Assembly (NCBI GenBank): GCA_019058245.1
Contig: JAHPZJ010000017.1
Coordinates: 55,113-119,112 of the forward strand
Direction: 5' to 3'
DNA from: Promethearchaeota archaeon
Lineage (GTDB): Archaea > Asgardarchaeota > Lokiarchaeia > Sigyniarchaeales > SOKP01
Length of the DNA: 64,000 bases
The notes beneath the pieces were generated by a model. It was given only the letters and a program-made list of their open reading frames with translations, did not search any database and was not told where the DNA came from. The translations under genes and the position numbers were made by a program. How positions within the stretch are numbered: position 1 is the first letter of the stretch; each line of letters starts with the position of its first letter. Below are positions 39,734-50,004 of this stretch, in pieces.

Positions 39734-41611
39734 TTAAGAATTTTCAATCTTTTTTTTTAGTAATCTCACTGTAAAAGTAGCGCCTTTATTTCTTCCCTCA
39801 GATTCGACATAAATTTGTCCACCATGTAACTCTACTATTTCTTTTGATATATATAAACCGAGCCCAGATCCTTCAATATCTACACCTAAATCCATTCCAT
39901 GTCTCTCTATTTTTCCAAATTTTTCAAATAATTTCTCCTTTTCTTTCTCGGTTATTCCCACTCCTGAGTCTTTTATTCGAACATCAATATAATCAGCTTT
40001 TTCAACAAGATAAATAAAAATTTCACCCTCTATCGGATTGTTATTAATTGCGTTTGAAATAATATTTATAAGAACTTGTCTGAACCTAAGTCTATCTATA
40101 TCGGCATAGATTTCATTTGGAATCTCGAGTTTTAACTTCAGTTGACGATTAGTGGCTAAGTATTTCATATCATTTATACAATCAACTAAAAGTTCTGACA
40201 AATTTTCTTTTTGAAATTTTAAATTTAGTTTTTTAGATTCCAATCTTGAAGCATCTAATAAATTATCAATTAGATGTTTTAAACGAAGAGAACCACGATG
40301 TCCTATTTCAAGATATTTTTGTGCTTCTATTCCAATTTCATGCAGGTAAAATTTATTTAGGATTTGATAAGCACCATATATTGATGTCATTGGAGTTTTT
40401 AATTCATGAGACAATCGTATTATCAGATCTTTCCTAAGTTCATGAAGTTCTAACAATCTTTTGTTTTCTTCAATAATTATCTGCTCGGCTTCTTTTTCAT
40501 CAGTAATATCTTTGGCTAATACTAAATCTGCAGGTTTACCATCAAAAATAATAGTTTTTGAAAAAAGATCTACCCACATAACTTCTCCATTTTTTTTAAG
40601 AGCACGATACTTATAATTACTTATTGCATTTATATATCCTTCCTGTTTTTTCCTAGCTTGTTCCATAACAAACGCTCTATCATCAGGATGAATTCCTTTT
40701 ATAAATTCATCAGGACCCCAATTTCTTATTTCCTCCGCAGAAAATCCTGTACTTCTGGGTAATTCTTCGTTAAAATATTTTATTGTTCCATCTTGAATAA
40801 CAAATATGCTCATTAATGACTGTTCAGTAATAACTCTAAATCTTTCCTCTGATTCTTTTATCTTTTGAATTGTTATTTTACGCTTAGTAATGTCTCGTAT
40901 AAAAACTAAAACCTGATCTTCAGAAAAATATAAATGTCGAGCTTCAAAATAACGAGTTGAACCCTTAATTTGAAGATCAAAATCTACTGTTAATGGTTCA
41001 TGTGTTTCTAATGTTTTACTTATGCTTTTTGTACTAAGATCAATTATATGTTTTGGGAAACTGTTTCTGATATTCTTACCAACAAAGGTTTCTAATGGAA
41101 AATTGAAATCCTCAATATTCCCTCTATAGTCTAAGATGGTGCCATCCTTAGAAACTAAGAAAAATAAATCTGGTATACTCTCAAATATTCTTCGAGACTT
41201 ATGCGCTGATTCCACTATCTGTTGTTCTACTTCTTTATAAGTTGATACATCATGACCAATCCCAAGTGTTGCATAATAATTACCTTCTTTTTTTAATGGA
41301 ATCGTTTTCACTTCAATATAAATTATCGTACCATTTTTTTTTCTTACTTTGTATGTTTTGGGTATTTTAACAGCTCCAGTTTTCCTTTCCTTTTTAAGTT
41401 CATCAGAAATAATAGAGGGTACTTCCTCAAACAATAAATCGGTAATCTTCATTCCATATAGTTCTTTTTTAGAATATGCAAATTTTCGAATAAAAACATC
41501 ATTAGCATCAAGGATATTCCCATTTTTATCGTGAAGATATATATGATCGTAGGAATTCTCAAATATTTCCTTAAGATAATTAGTATATCCTTGAACTATA
41601 CTCCTCATCAA
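39734..41611 (-). CDS. Cytoplasmic multi-PAS sensor histidine kinase
   Basis: Three PAS/PAC-like repeats, H-box SHELKTPM, N-box INIISNA, DSGVGI, LFEKF, GSGLGL. Confidence 0.93.
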   Translation of the reverse strand: MMRSIVQGYTNYLKEIFENSYDHIYLHDKNGNILDANDVFIRKFAYSKKELYGMKITDLLFEEVPSIISDELKKERKTGAVKIPKTYKVRKKNGTIIYIEVKTIPLKKEGNYYATLGIGHDVSTYKEVEQQIVESAHKSRRIFESIPDLFFLVSKDGTILDYRGNIEDFNFPLETFVGKNIRNSFPKHIIDLSTKSISKTLETHEPLTVDFDLQIKGSTRYFEARHLYFSEDQVLVFIRDITKRKITIQKIKESEERFRVITEQSLMSIFVIQDGTIKYFNEELPRSTGFSAEEIRNWGPDEFIKGIHPDDRAFVMEQARKKQEGYINAISNYKYRALKKNGEVMWVDLFSKTIIFDGKPADLVLAKDITDEKEAEQIIIEENKRLLELHELRKDLIIRLSHELKTPMTSIYGAYQILNKFYLHEIGIEAQKYLEIGHRGSLRLKHLIDNLLDASRLESKKLNLKFQKENLSELLVDCINDMKYLATNRQLKLKLEIPNEIYADIDRLRFRQVLINIISNAINNNPIEGEIFIYLVEKADYIDVRIKDSGVGITEKEKEKLFEKFGKIERHGMDLGVDIEGSGLGLYISKEIVELHGGQIYVESEGRNKGATFTVRLLKKKIENS

Positions 41612-42127
41612 GAAAACCGATCTATGTTAATAAATTTTAATCAAAATCTTTTTTATAATAATTTCCCTTAAAAAAAATTTAAGAGTATTCACTCAAAATA
41701 TTAGATAAAGTTTTGATTATTATACCTTTTGTATTTTTTTTTGTATTTGGTTTTGTGGAAACAAATCATTTTAGATATAATTTTTTTATCTTAAGTATAA
41801 TTAATCAATTATTTGCTAAAATCAAATCAAGATTACATAATATTGACTATATCTAAACATAAAATTTAAAAAAATTATTCAAATCTAGCTAAAAAAATGT
41901 TTTTAGTATCGATTATAAATATATATCATGCTATTATCATTATTTATCCTTAGCGTATATTTTATTTTGGATATTGCTGTATCTTTATTATTTTAAAATG
42001 GTTCACTTTTACAACTTACTTTTTTTTGCTTCATTATAACTAAAATCATAATAACATATAAAGAAAAGATTTTTATAGATATCTAAATCAATTTACAATG
42101 ATAATTCAATATAAGTGGTGAAAAATT

Positions 42128-42283
42128 ATGGTTCATTGTCATGAAATGAAAGAAGGGGATGTTTATGTTTGTGAAGATTGTGGTCTTGAATTAACAGTTT
42201 CGAAAGGTTGTGATTGTGCCGATGAAAGTGCTTGTTCAGATATGGGGTTTACCTGTTGTGGCGGAGATATGAAAAAAAAATAA
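42128..42283 (+). CDS. 51-aa Cys-rich desulforedoxin-like microprotein
   Basis: MVHCHEMKEGDVYVCEDCGLELTVSKGCDCADESACSDMGFTCCGGDMKKK*; GGTG upstream and T-tract downstream. Below the ORF-track length cutoff. Confidence 0.8.
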   Translation: MVHCHEMKEGDVYVCEDCGLELTVSKGCDCADESACSDMGFTCCGGDMKKK

Positions 42284-42292
42284 ATATTACAT

Positions 42293-42308
42293 TTTTACTT
42301 TTTTTTTT
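42293..42308 (+). terminator. Oligo-T tract, probable archaeal-type intrinsic terminator
   Basis: TTTTACTTTTTTTTTT shortly after the stop of the 42128-42283 gene. Confidence 0.4.
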
Positions 42309-42433
42309 AATATTTTTAACTATTATTTTCCCTATTTTTCAATAAGAACTATATTTCCTAAGAGATACAAGTTCTAAAAGCTTTATTACCTTGCATATAT
42401 TATTAATATATATTAAAAAAATACTGATTTAAT

Positions 42434-43201
42434 ATGTCGCTACCATCAAAAAAAGCTATTCAAGTGGATGAGAATACAATAGACTATGAATATAAAATGT
42501 TAAACCATGTTATGCAACTCCGATATCATGAAGACAAATGTGTGGACTGTGGGTTTTGTCATCGTGTTTGTCCAGTTACAGTTTCAATCTATGATGAACC
42601 CTTAAAAAAAACTGCTATAGGTACCCCAGAGGAGATGAAAATTGACTCTGATAAAAAGATAGTTGTTGACACAGAAAAGTGTGTATGGTGTGGTTGTTGT
42701 ACGTGGATTTGCCCAGGTTATACACTAGAACTTTTCATTAATGGTGAAAAGAAACTAAATGTTGTTGAAAATGGTTCGCTTCCTGAATTTGAGGAAGAAG
42801 TGAGGACTTTAGAAAATGGTCAAAAAGTTAGAAAAGTAGTAGAAGGATCTATTACGATTACTTGTAATGAGAAAGATACGAAGACAATCGATGATTTTTG
42901 CGATGAATGTTCAGTTAGTGCAATGGAGAGAAAAGGAAAGGAAATTGAAGTCGATAAAGACAAATGTATTCTGTGTTTTAAATGTTCCGAAGCAGCTAAG
43001 AAATATGAGAATATTAGTGTTGAGGTTCATCGAGATCGATTTAAGAATATAAAGGGTGAACCTTCTTCTGTATGGAATGGCATCATGTTAAGAGTTCTTG
43101 GCAAAGAAGGTAAAGTTAAAGGTATTTTAAGTCGAAGTCAAAATAAACTTTCTGATGCAGTTATGCGCTTAATGGGAAAGGGATTTGAAGAAGAAGCGTA
43201 A
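42434..43201 (+). CDS. Polyferredoxin, FwdF-like 4Fe-4S protein
   Basis: CVDCGFCHRVCP, CVWCGCCTWICP and a degenerate third/fourth cluster (CDECSV, CILCFKC). Confidence 0.8.
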   Translation: MSLPSKKAIQVDENTIDYEYKMLNHVMQLRYHEDKCVDCGFCHRVCPVTVSIYDEPLKKTAIGTPEEMKIDSDKKIVVDTEKCVWCGCCTWICPGYTLELFINGEKKLNVVENGSLPEFEEEVRTLENGQKVRKVVEGSITITCNEKDTKTIDDFCDECSVSAMERKGKEIEVDKDKCILCFKCSEAAKKYENISVEVHRDRFKNIKGEPSSVWNGIMLRVLGKEGKVKGILSRSQNKLSDAVMRLMGKGFEEEA

Positions 43202-43632
43202 TTTTTCGATCTTTTATCCTATTTTTATTATATCATCCATATAATTATTGCAACTCTAATTTATTCTGTTGAAATAAATGTAAACCATTAATTATTTGAT
43301 TTCTTATATTACTTTTATAAATCAGGGCAATTAGGCTTAAAATTTAAAATACTATATCCTTTATTACTAATATTTTTCAAAAAAAAATATAATAACAATT
43401 TATTGGACAATACAAGTTTTTGTTTTTATTGAGAATGATAAATTTTTTTGATTTTTTTTTTTAAACTTGAAATCTGATTGAATTTTAAATTTACTATGAA
43501 TAGAATTTTCTCAAGTCATTCGACCATTTAAAAAAATTTAAAACTAAAAGATTAAAAAACTATCTACCACATATTTAGATTGTTATTTCTAATAAAACAA
43601 AACCTATTTAAAAAATGATAAAGTGATATAAA

Positions 43633-44640
43633 ATGGCAAAAAGAGTTGCAATCAACGGTTTCGGGCGTATAGGACGTCTATTTTTCCGAGCTGTTTATGA
43701 TAATTTCTGGAATGATATTGATGTTGTGTCAATCAATGATCTTTTTGAACCAAAATATTTGGCGTATGCGTTAAAATATGACTCTGTCTTTGGAAGATTT
43801 AAAGGAAAAGTAGAATCTACTGAAAACTCATTGATAATTGATGGTAAGAATATACCAATAACTGCTGAGAGAGATCCTGCAGCTTTACCACATGCTAGCA
43901 ATAATATTGATGTTGCTGTTGAATCTACTGGTCGATTCGTAAATAGAGAAGGAGCTAGCAAACATTTAACTGCTGGTGCAAAAAGAGTTTTAATTAGTGC
44001 TCCTGCTACAGATCCAGATATTACAGTTGTAATGGGATGTAATGATGATAAATTAACAAGTGATCATAAAATTATTTCAAATGCATCTTGTACTACTAAT
44101 TGTTTAGCTCCCATAGTAAAAGTTTTACAAGAATCTGTAAAAATTAAGTACGGTATAATGACTACAATACATTCGTATACTAATGATCAATCCACAGCAG
44201 ATATAGCACGTGCTGGAACTCCAGAGAAAATGATCCGAGGAAGAGCTGCCGCAGCCAACATGATCCCAACTTCAACGGGAGCAGCTAAAGCTATTGGATT
44301 GGTTTTTCCTGAATTGCAAGGAAAATTAGATGGAATAGCAATGAGAGTTCCAACTCCAGATGGTAGTGTTGTAGATCTTAAAGCAGTAGTTGAGAATCCA
44401 ATCTCAGCAGCAGAGATTAATGCAAAGATGAGAGAAGCAGCTAATGGATCCTTAAAGGGTATCTTAGATTATACCGATGATCCAATAGTAAGTAGTGATA
44501 TTGTTGGAAATCCTCATAGTTCTGTCTTTAGTAGCCTCTGGACGAAAGTAATCAATGATGAAGTTTCCGTTTTATCATGGTACGATAATGAATGGGGATT
44601 TTCTAACCGTATGGCTGAATTAATCATTAAAAAGTTATAA
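43633..44640 (+). CDS. gap: Glyceraldehyde-3-phosphate dehydrogenase, class I (bacterial/eukaryotic type)
   Basis: INGFGRIGR, ESTG, SNASCTTNCLAP, TTIHSYTNDQ, STGAAKA, RVPT, WYDNEWGF. Confidence 0.96.
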   Translation: MAKRVAINGFGRIGRLFFRAVYDNFWNDIDVVSINDLFEPKYLAYALKYDSVFGRFKGKVESTENSLIIDGKNIPITAERDPAALPHASNNIDVAVESTGRFVNREGASKHLTAGAKRVLISAPATDPDITVVMGCNDDKLTSDHKIISNASCTTNCLAPIVKVLQESVKIKYGIMTTIHSYTNDQSTADIARAGTPEKMIRGRAAAANMIPTSTGAAKAIGLVFPELQGKLDGIAMRVPTPDGSVVDLKAVVENPISAAEINAKMREAANGSLKGILDYTDDPIVSSDIVGNPHSSVFSSLWTKVINDEVSVLSWYDNEWGFSNRMAELIIKKL

Positions 44641-44796
44641 TTCTTATATTATTTAATTCTTTTTTTTCATTTTCTCTATTATCAATAACTTGCTTTTGAA
44701 AAAGAAAGTAATAAAGATCTTTAAATAAATATTCAATTTCTTTTAAAATTTGTAAAAGAATAATCCTTTTAAAGTTCTTTAAATAATAATTAATCC

Positions 44797-45744
44797 ATGA
44801 ATCTTAGCACAGGAAAACCGATCGAATTAACAGACAAAAGATTATTTGATGAATATTTTGAAAAGTATCCACCAGAAATCTCTGAATTTACTTTCACTAA
44901 CCTTTTCATGTGGAGGAATTATTATAATTTCTCATTTATCGTATTTAAGGAACATTTAATCCTATTTTCTTATGATTATTTGAAGAATAGAAGAAAGCCT
45001 ATAAATACAGACTCAGATGATTATCTTTATTTTTTTCCTCCAATTGGTCCAAGTCCTGATAAAATCATTCTTGAATTATTTGAAAATCTTGAGAATATAG
45101 AGGTTCATAGGGTTCCAGAAGATATCTATGAAAAACTAAAGGAAAGTAAGAATTTTACCAAATTAAATTTAAAATGTCTTGAAGATCGGAATAATTGGGA
45201 TTATGTCCATGATAAAGAAGAAATACTAAATTTAGCGGGAAATAAATATCGGCAAAATAGAAGATGGTTACAGAAATTCAAAAACACCTACGATTACGAT
45301 TTCCAATTATTATCAGTAGATCTCGTTGAAAAATGTAAAGAATTGCAGCTTGAATGGTGCATCATACAAGCATGTACAGAAGATGAAAGTTTAGATGCTG
45401 AACAAGATGCAATCTACGAAGCCTTAAATAATTTTAACGCTCTTGGATTTAGTGGAGGTATAATATGTGTGGATAATAGATGCGCGGCGTATACTTTTGG
45501 TGAAATGCTAAATAATGATACTTTAGTGATTCATATAGAGAAAGCCCATAAGGAATATGAAGGGTCTTATCAAGCTATTAATAATTTCTTCTTAAAAAAT
45601 TCTTATGAAAGTGCAATTTATGTTAATAGAGAACAAGATTTAGGTATAGAGGGTTTGAGAAGAGCGAAAGAATCCTATAAACCCATTCATATGATCAAAA
45701 AGAGTATTATTTATAGGAGAAGAATAGAAAACAATCCATATTGA
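44797..45744 (+). CDS. DUF2156 / aminoacyl-phosphatidylglycerol synthase C-terminal-like (GNAT-fold) protein
   Basis: SEFTFTNLFMW, DRNNWDYV..L.G.KY, IHIEKA, YVNREQDLGIEGLRRAKESYKP. Confidence 0.85.
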   Translation: MNLSTGKPIELTDKRLFDEYFEKYPPEISEFTFTNLFMWRNYYNFSFIVFKEHLILFSYDYLKNRRKPINTDSDDYLYFFPPIGPSPDKIILELFENLENIEVHRVPEDIYEKLKESKNFTKLNLKCLEDRNNWDYVHDKEEILNLAGNKYRQNRRWLQKFKNTYDYDFQLLSVDLVEKCKELQLEWCIIQACTEDESLDAEQDAIYEALNNFNALGFSGGIICVDNRCAAYTFGEMLNNDTLVIHIEKAHKEYEGSYQAINNFFLKNSYESAIYVNREQDLGIEGLRRAKESYKPIHMIKKSIIYRRRIENNPY

Positions 45745-45848
45745 ATTCTTTATATATTTATTCAATGTTATCTTATGTTTTCTTATAAGTTTAAAACAAT
45801 TGGATATTTTAGAAGAGGACTATTTAGGAAGTTTAAAGGGATCTAGTC

Positions 45849-46259
45849 ATGGTTAAAGCTATTCAAGATTTGTGGATTCAAAGAAACGATGGAATTGTTA
45901 TATTTAGCAGAGTTTTCCATCAAAAAATAGAAGACCAACTATTTGGAGCCCTTTTAAGTGCTCTTAAATCATTTGCTCATGAGATTACTAATGGAGAATT
46001 AACTAATTTTGAGATAAAAAATATTCGCTTTACAATTATCAAAAGAGAAAGTCTTTTCTTTATAGCAAATTCTTCAAAAAAATATAAAGAAAAGAAAATT
46101 TTAGCAGAATTAGAGACTATTGCTCAGAGATTCTTAGAGGAATTTCCTGAAACAAAAAATCATAATTGGAATGGATGTATTGATGAATATAAACCTTTCG
46201 AGAGTAAAATCACTGATACTTTAGAGGATCCAGTTAAAAAATTCTGGGACGATTTTTAA
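45849..46259 (+). CDS. Stand-alone longin/roadblock-like domain protein
   Basis: IQDLWI...GIVIFSR...QLFGALLSALKSFA...FTII...LFFIANS...LETIAQRFLEEF...W.G....Y..F longin-type pattern. Confidence 0.7.
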   Translation: MVKAIQDLWIQRNDGIVIFSRVFHQKIEDQLFGALLSALKSFAHEITNGELTNFEIKNIRFTIIKRESLFFIANSSKKYKEKKILAELETIAQRFLEEFPETKNHNWNGCIDEYKPFESKITDTLEDPVKKFWDDF

Positions 46260-46406
46260 TAATTAATCTAGCTCGCAGAAATACTTATCTGATTGTTTTC
46301 CTTCTTTCAAAAACAAGAAAGGGAAAATAATGGATTTATAAATGTTTACATTAATATATGTAAAATTACTTATAATACTAAAAAATCGAATAATTTGTGA
46401 AAGTAT

Positions 46407-48065
46407 ATGTCAGATGAAGGTGCACAAGAAGAAAAACCAATAGGTAGATTAACTGGAAAGACGACAGCTCACACGGTTACTGTGGTATTTGAGGGACCTT
46501 CAGTTGAGAGGAATAACTACTTAGTAATTTATAGTAAAAAAGATGAAAAAGGTGAGAAACAATATTATGTACTTTATATAACAGAGATGTGGACAGATGA
46601 GAAAGGACGTATGGCAAAATTAGGAGTACTGGGAGAAAGGCCAACAAGACCTTTTGAAATTGGAGCAGATGTCTTTATGGCAAAAGAAGAACAAATTTCT
46701 AAAATCTTAGGAATATTTAATCCCCCTGAAGAATCTCTTTCCTTAGGAAAATTAATCGGTTATCCTTATGAAGTATATCTATTAATTAAAAACTTTGGTA
46801 GAATTTTCATTACTGGAAAATCTGGTTCGGGTAAATCTTATACAATGGGGGTTTTATGTGAGGAATTTCTTAAAAAAGGAATTCCTCTTGTGATTTTGGA
46901 TAGACATGGTGAATATGGTAGTTTAAAAGTGGCAGGTGAAGATTTACCGGAAGGAGAAAGTGAGTTTGTAGATAGAATAGTTGAATTTTCTGATTTGAAA
47001 AAGAACAAGGGTGGAGATGTTGATATTGAATACTTATTTTCATTAAAACCTTCGGATATTGTTGCTCCTAATTTATGTACTGTAGTTAATCTAAATGGTA
47101 TGGCTCTAGAAGTTCAAGAGGCGATAGCAGGTAAATTATTAAAGAAATTATATGATGCTAGCACAACAAGAACAATTCCTCCTTTTTATTTGTTTTTAGA
47201 TGAAGCTCATTTATTCGCTGGAAAAAAACAGACAGAAACTTGTGAAGTTGTTAAATTATTTGCTCAAGAGGGGAGAAAATTTGGAGCGAATATTGTTATA
47301 GGCACACAACGTCCTCAATTATTAGATACAACTATTAGAGCTCAAGCAGGGACTTGGGTTGTTCATAATTTATCAGATATAAGAGATATTGGAATCACAA
47401 TTTCCAGTGCTGAAGATTTGAGTAATGAAAATAAATCAGATATTTCAGGATTAGACAAAGGGCAGGCTATTATCTGCGGAGAAGCTGTTAAAGGAATTCC
47501 TTTATTTGTAAAAATCAGAATAAGAAGAACAAAGCATGGTGGAGTCAGTTTTAATCCGTTAGATTTCCTTTCAGAGAGTACGGTCGAGGAGCTTCAAAAA
47601 CGCAAGGAACGCCTTCTGGGTGGAAAATCCGCCGATGAATTAGAAACTGGAAAGTCTATGTTTGAAGAAATGTTGGAACCAAAAAAAGCTGCAGATTATT
47701 TAGATGAGATTGCAGCTCTTAAAGTAAGAATACAAGAATTAGAGGATGAAGTTTCACGTTTAAAAGAAAAAGTTGCTGATGTTAAAGAAGGAAAAGATAT
47801 TCCTCTTATAGCTACAGATGAAACAATAGAAGAATTGCAGACGGAAATAAACGTATGGAAAGAGAAATACAATTTCTTGAAAGAAATGGCTGAAAAAGGC
47901 GGAGATGATATGATTCCATTAGATGAAGACAGCGAAAAAGTATTAGATTTAAATAATCGAATTATCGAACTTGAAGCACAAGTTAAAAAATATAAATCAA
48001 GATCAGATGATGCACTAATTTTAGCTGAAAAGTCGATAGCTGAACTTAAAAAGAGAAAGAAATAA
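46407..48065 (+). CDS. HerA/DUF87-like P-loop ATPase with C-terminal coiled coil
   Basis: GKSGSGKS, ILDRHGEY, FLDEAH, EGRKFG, GTQRP, HGG; heptad-rich C-terminus. Confidence 0.85.
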   Translation: MSDEGAQEEKPIGRLTGKTTAHTVTVVFEGPSVERNNYLVIYSKKDEKGEKQYYVLYITEMWTDEKGRMAKLGVLGERPTRPFEIGADVFMAKEEQISKILGIFNPPEESLSLGKLIGYPYEVYLLIKNFGRIFITGKSGSGKSYTMGVLCEEFLKKGIPLVILDRHGEYGSLKVAGEDLPEGESEFVDRIVEFSDLKKNKGGDVDIEYLFSLKPSDIVAPNLCTVVNLNGMALEVQEAIAGKLLKKLYDASTTRTIPPFYLFLDEAHLFAGKKQTETCEVVKLFAQEGRKFGANIVIGTQRPQLLDTTIRAQAGTWVVHNLSDIRDIGITISSAEDLSNENKSDISGLDKGQAIICGEAVKGIPLFVKIRIRRTKHGGVSFNPLDFLSESTVEELQKRKERLLGGKSADELETGKSMFEEMLEPKKAADYLDEIAALKVRIQELEDEVSRLKEKVADVKEGKDIPLIATDETIEELQTEINVWKEKYNFLKEMAEKGGDDMIPLDEDSEKVLDLNNRIIELEAQVKKYKSRSDDALILAEKSIAELKKRKK

Positions 48066-48259
48066 TAGAGATTCTAATTAATTTAAGATGCTGAATATTT
48101 TCCATCTTTTTTCAATTTTTTAAAAATCTTCGAGAAGATTATAAGGATTATTTGAGAATTAACTGTTGAAGTCCTGTAATAAAAATAGTAAAATTTTATC
48201 ATCTCCATAAATAAATCTAATTATTTTATATTTTTCTGTGGAATTTTGTTAAAATTAAG

Positions 48260-49711
48260 TTATTCTTTGAGGATTAAATCTTCTTCCGGAATATCAATTA
48301 TTTCTTTTTCAATGAATTTCTTCTCTAATGTAATTCGACTTAGAAAGAATAAGCTTATTAAGTAGAAAAGTGCCATTGAAGCTAATGTGAGAGTAATTAT
48401 AATAGGATTTTCTTTATTATCTCCCGTAAGAACTACTCCTATTAAGATTGAAGCGAATGATTGCCCAATTGCCATAATAAAGGCACCTAAACCAAAATAT
48501 CCTCCAGAAATCCTTGAAACATTTTCCTCAAAATCAGATTCTTCTACCTTATCCGCAGCTTCGTACACTAAAACGCTTGTTAAAGGAGGATTAAATAATC
48601 CCGCGCCATACATAGAGCCCAAAACTGTACCCATAGTACAAATGAATAAAACAGTTACAAATTCAAAAGATAAACCTTCAATTAAAAATATTAATTCCAT
48701 AAAAGAAGCGATCACTGAGGCTGATATACATACTTTATAGGTTTTAAGGATTGAATTCTTTTTAAGTAATTTCCGCCAGATATAAAATCCAATAAATTTG
48801 CTTGAAAATGAAACTATAACATAAATGTAATATTTAGGTCCCGTAAACAGGAGAACGTAAATTAGAAAAGGTATTACTATAGCCCCTAAAATTTTGCCTG
48901 ATATCCCATTAAAGAGTCTTACACCCAGATATTTTCTAAATTTTTTATCGCTAAAGGGTGCTCCCATTTGCTTTAAATAATCTTTAAAACTGATTTTACT
49001 ACGACTAATATCTTGATTTTTCAGGTTATGAAAACTCTCATCTACGGAAAAAAATGTTATTATAATTGTTATTAATCCAAAAATTGCAAAAGCTATACCT
49101 ATCAATGGGATAGTTGCAATGATTATCTTTCCTGAAGGTTCCCAATATTTTACATGTTTTGGTTCAGGTAAAAAACTTTGTATCATTAATGGAAGCATTA
49201 GTGCTAAACCTGATGCTATTATTTGTAAAAAAGTTGTTGCGGCAGCAATTTTCTGTCTATTTTGATGAGTTTGCGATTGTTCAGTCAACATAGAAAGATG
49301 GACAGTTATAATTGATGCTCCTGTTATAGCCTTAATAATTAAAAAAATCCAAAGAAATATCGCAGTAGGCAGATATAATGAATTATTTTGGGGGCATTTA
49401 GGAGGAAACCAAATAATAATACTAGATAATACCCATAACGGCAACCCATACAAAAGAAACGGTCGGCGTTTTCCAAATTTTCCTGGTTTTTTGTTATCAG
49501 CAAGTATTCCAAAAACTATTGAAGAAATTGCGTTAAGAATAAGCTGTAAGGAGACCCCTACCGAAGTCAGGATTGAATCTAAATTAACTGTATAAACATA
49601 ATATTGAAGCACAAATGTACCCACCAACATGTTTGCCATAATAATACCGAAGTTACCTAAGACATATCCTATAAGTGATTTTCCATGTAATTCTCTTGGT
49701 GCTTCTACCAT
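48260..49711 (-). CDS. MFS transporter, GPH (glycoside-pentoside-hexuronide) family-like
   Basis: About 12 hydrophobic helices; GILADN...FGKRRPFLLYG motif. Confidence 0.88.
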   Translation of the reverse strand: MVEAPRELHGKSLIGYVLGNFGIIMANMLVGTFVLQYYVYTVNLDSILTSVGVSLQLILNAISSIVFGILADNKKPGKFGKRRPFLLYGLPLWVLSSIIIWFPPKCPQNNSLYLPTAIFLWIFLIIKAITGASIITVHLSMLTEQSQTHQNRQKIAAATTFLQIIASGLALMLPLMIQSFLPEPKHVKYWEPSGKIIIATIPLIGIAFAIFGLITIIITFFSVDESFHNLKNQDISRSKISFKDYLKQMGAPFSDKKFRKYLGVRLFNGISGKILGAIVIPFLIYVLLFTGPKYYIYVIVSFSSKFIGFYIWRKLLKKNSILKTYKVCISASVIASFMELIFLIEGLSFEFVTVLFICTMGTVLGSMYGAGLFNPPLTSVLVYEAADKVEESDFEENVSRISGGYFGLGAFIMAIGQSFASILIGVVLTGDNKENPIIITLTLASMALFYLISLFFLSRITLEKKFIEKEIIDIPEEDLILKE

Positions 49712-50004
49712 ATCAATATAAAGTGTATTTTAAAAATTAACTTTTCGATTTCATAAAGAATAAATAAAATAAGTAGAAATTTTGAATGAAATTTTTAATC
49801 TTCTTTTATATCGCCTCTCATTTCAAAACTTTTTTTTCATCATTATTCCAAAACTAATAAATAAGGTAATAGAAATTATAGATAAAATTTTTTTTAAGTA
49901 TCTTTACTAATAAAATTTGGATTTCATTCTCTTTGTTTTATTTAACTCTATGTATAATTTACAATTAAAAATTTTAAATTAGATTAAGTCTTATTTTTGT
50001 AATA

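Noticed and set aside
41612-42127. Long AT-rich intergenic tracts (also 6906-7204, 43202-43632, 57573-58023) as origin or ncRNA loci
   Set aside because: No ORB-like repeats, tRNA cloverleaf or GC-rich structured segment visible, and no cdc6/orc1 nearby; consistent with promoter or terminator regions.
15266-45744. Genome-wide TGA reassignment (code 4/25)
   Set aside because: TGA appears to act as a normal stop at 15266-15268 and 45742-45744, Trp is encoded by TGG throughout, and other genes are not interrupted by TGA.
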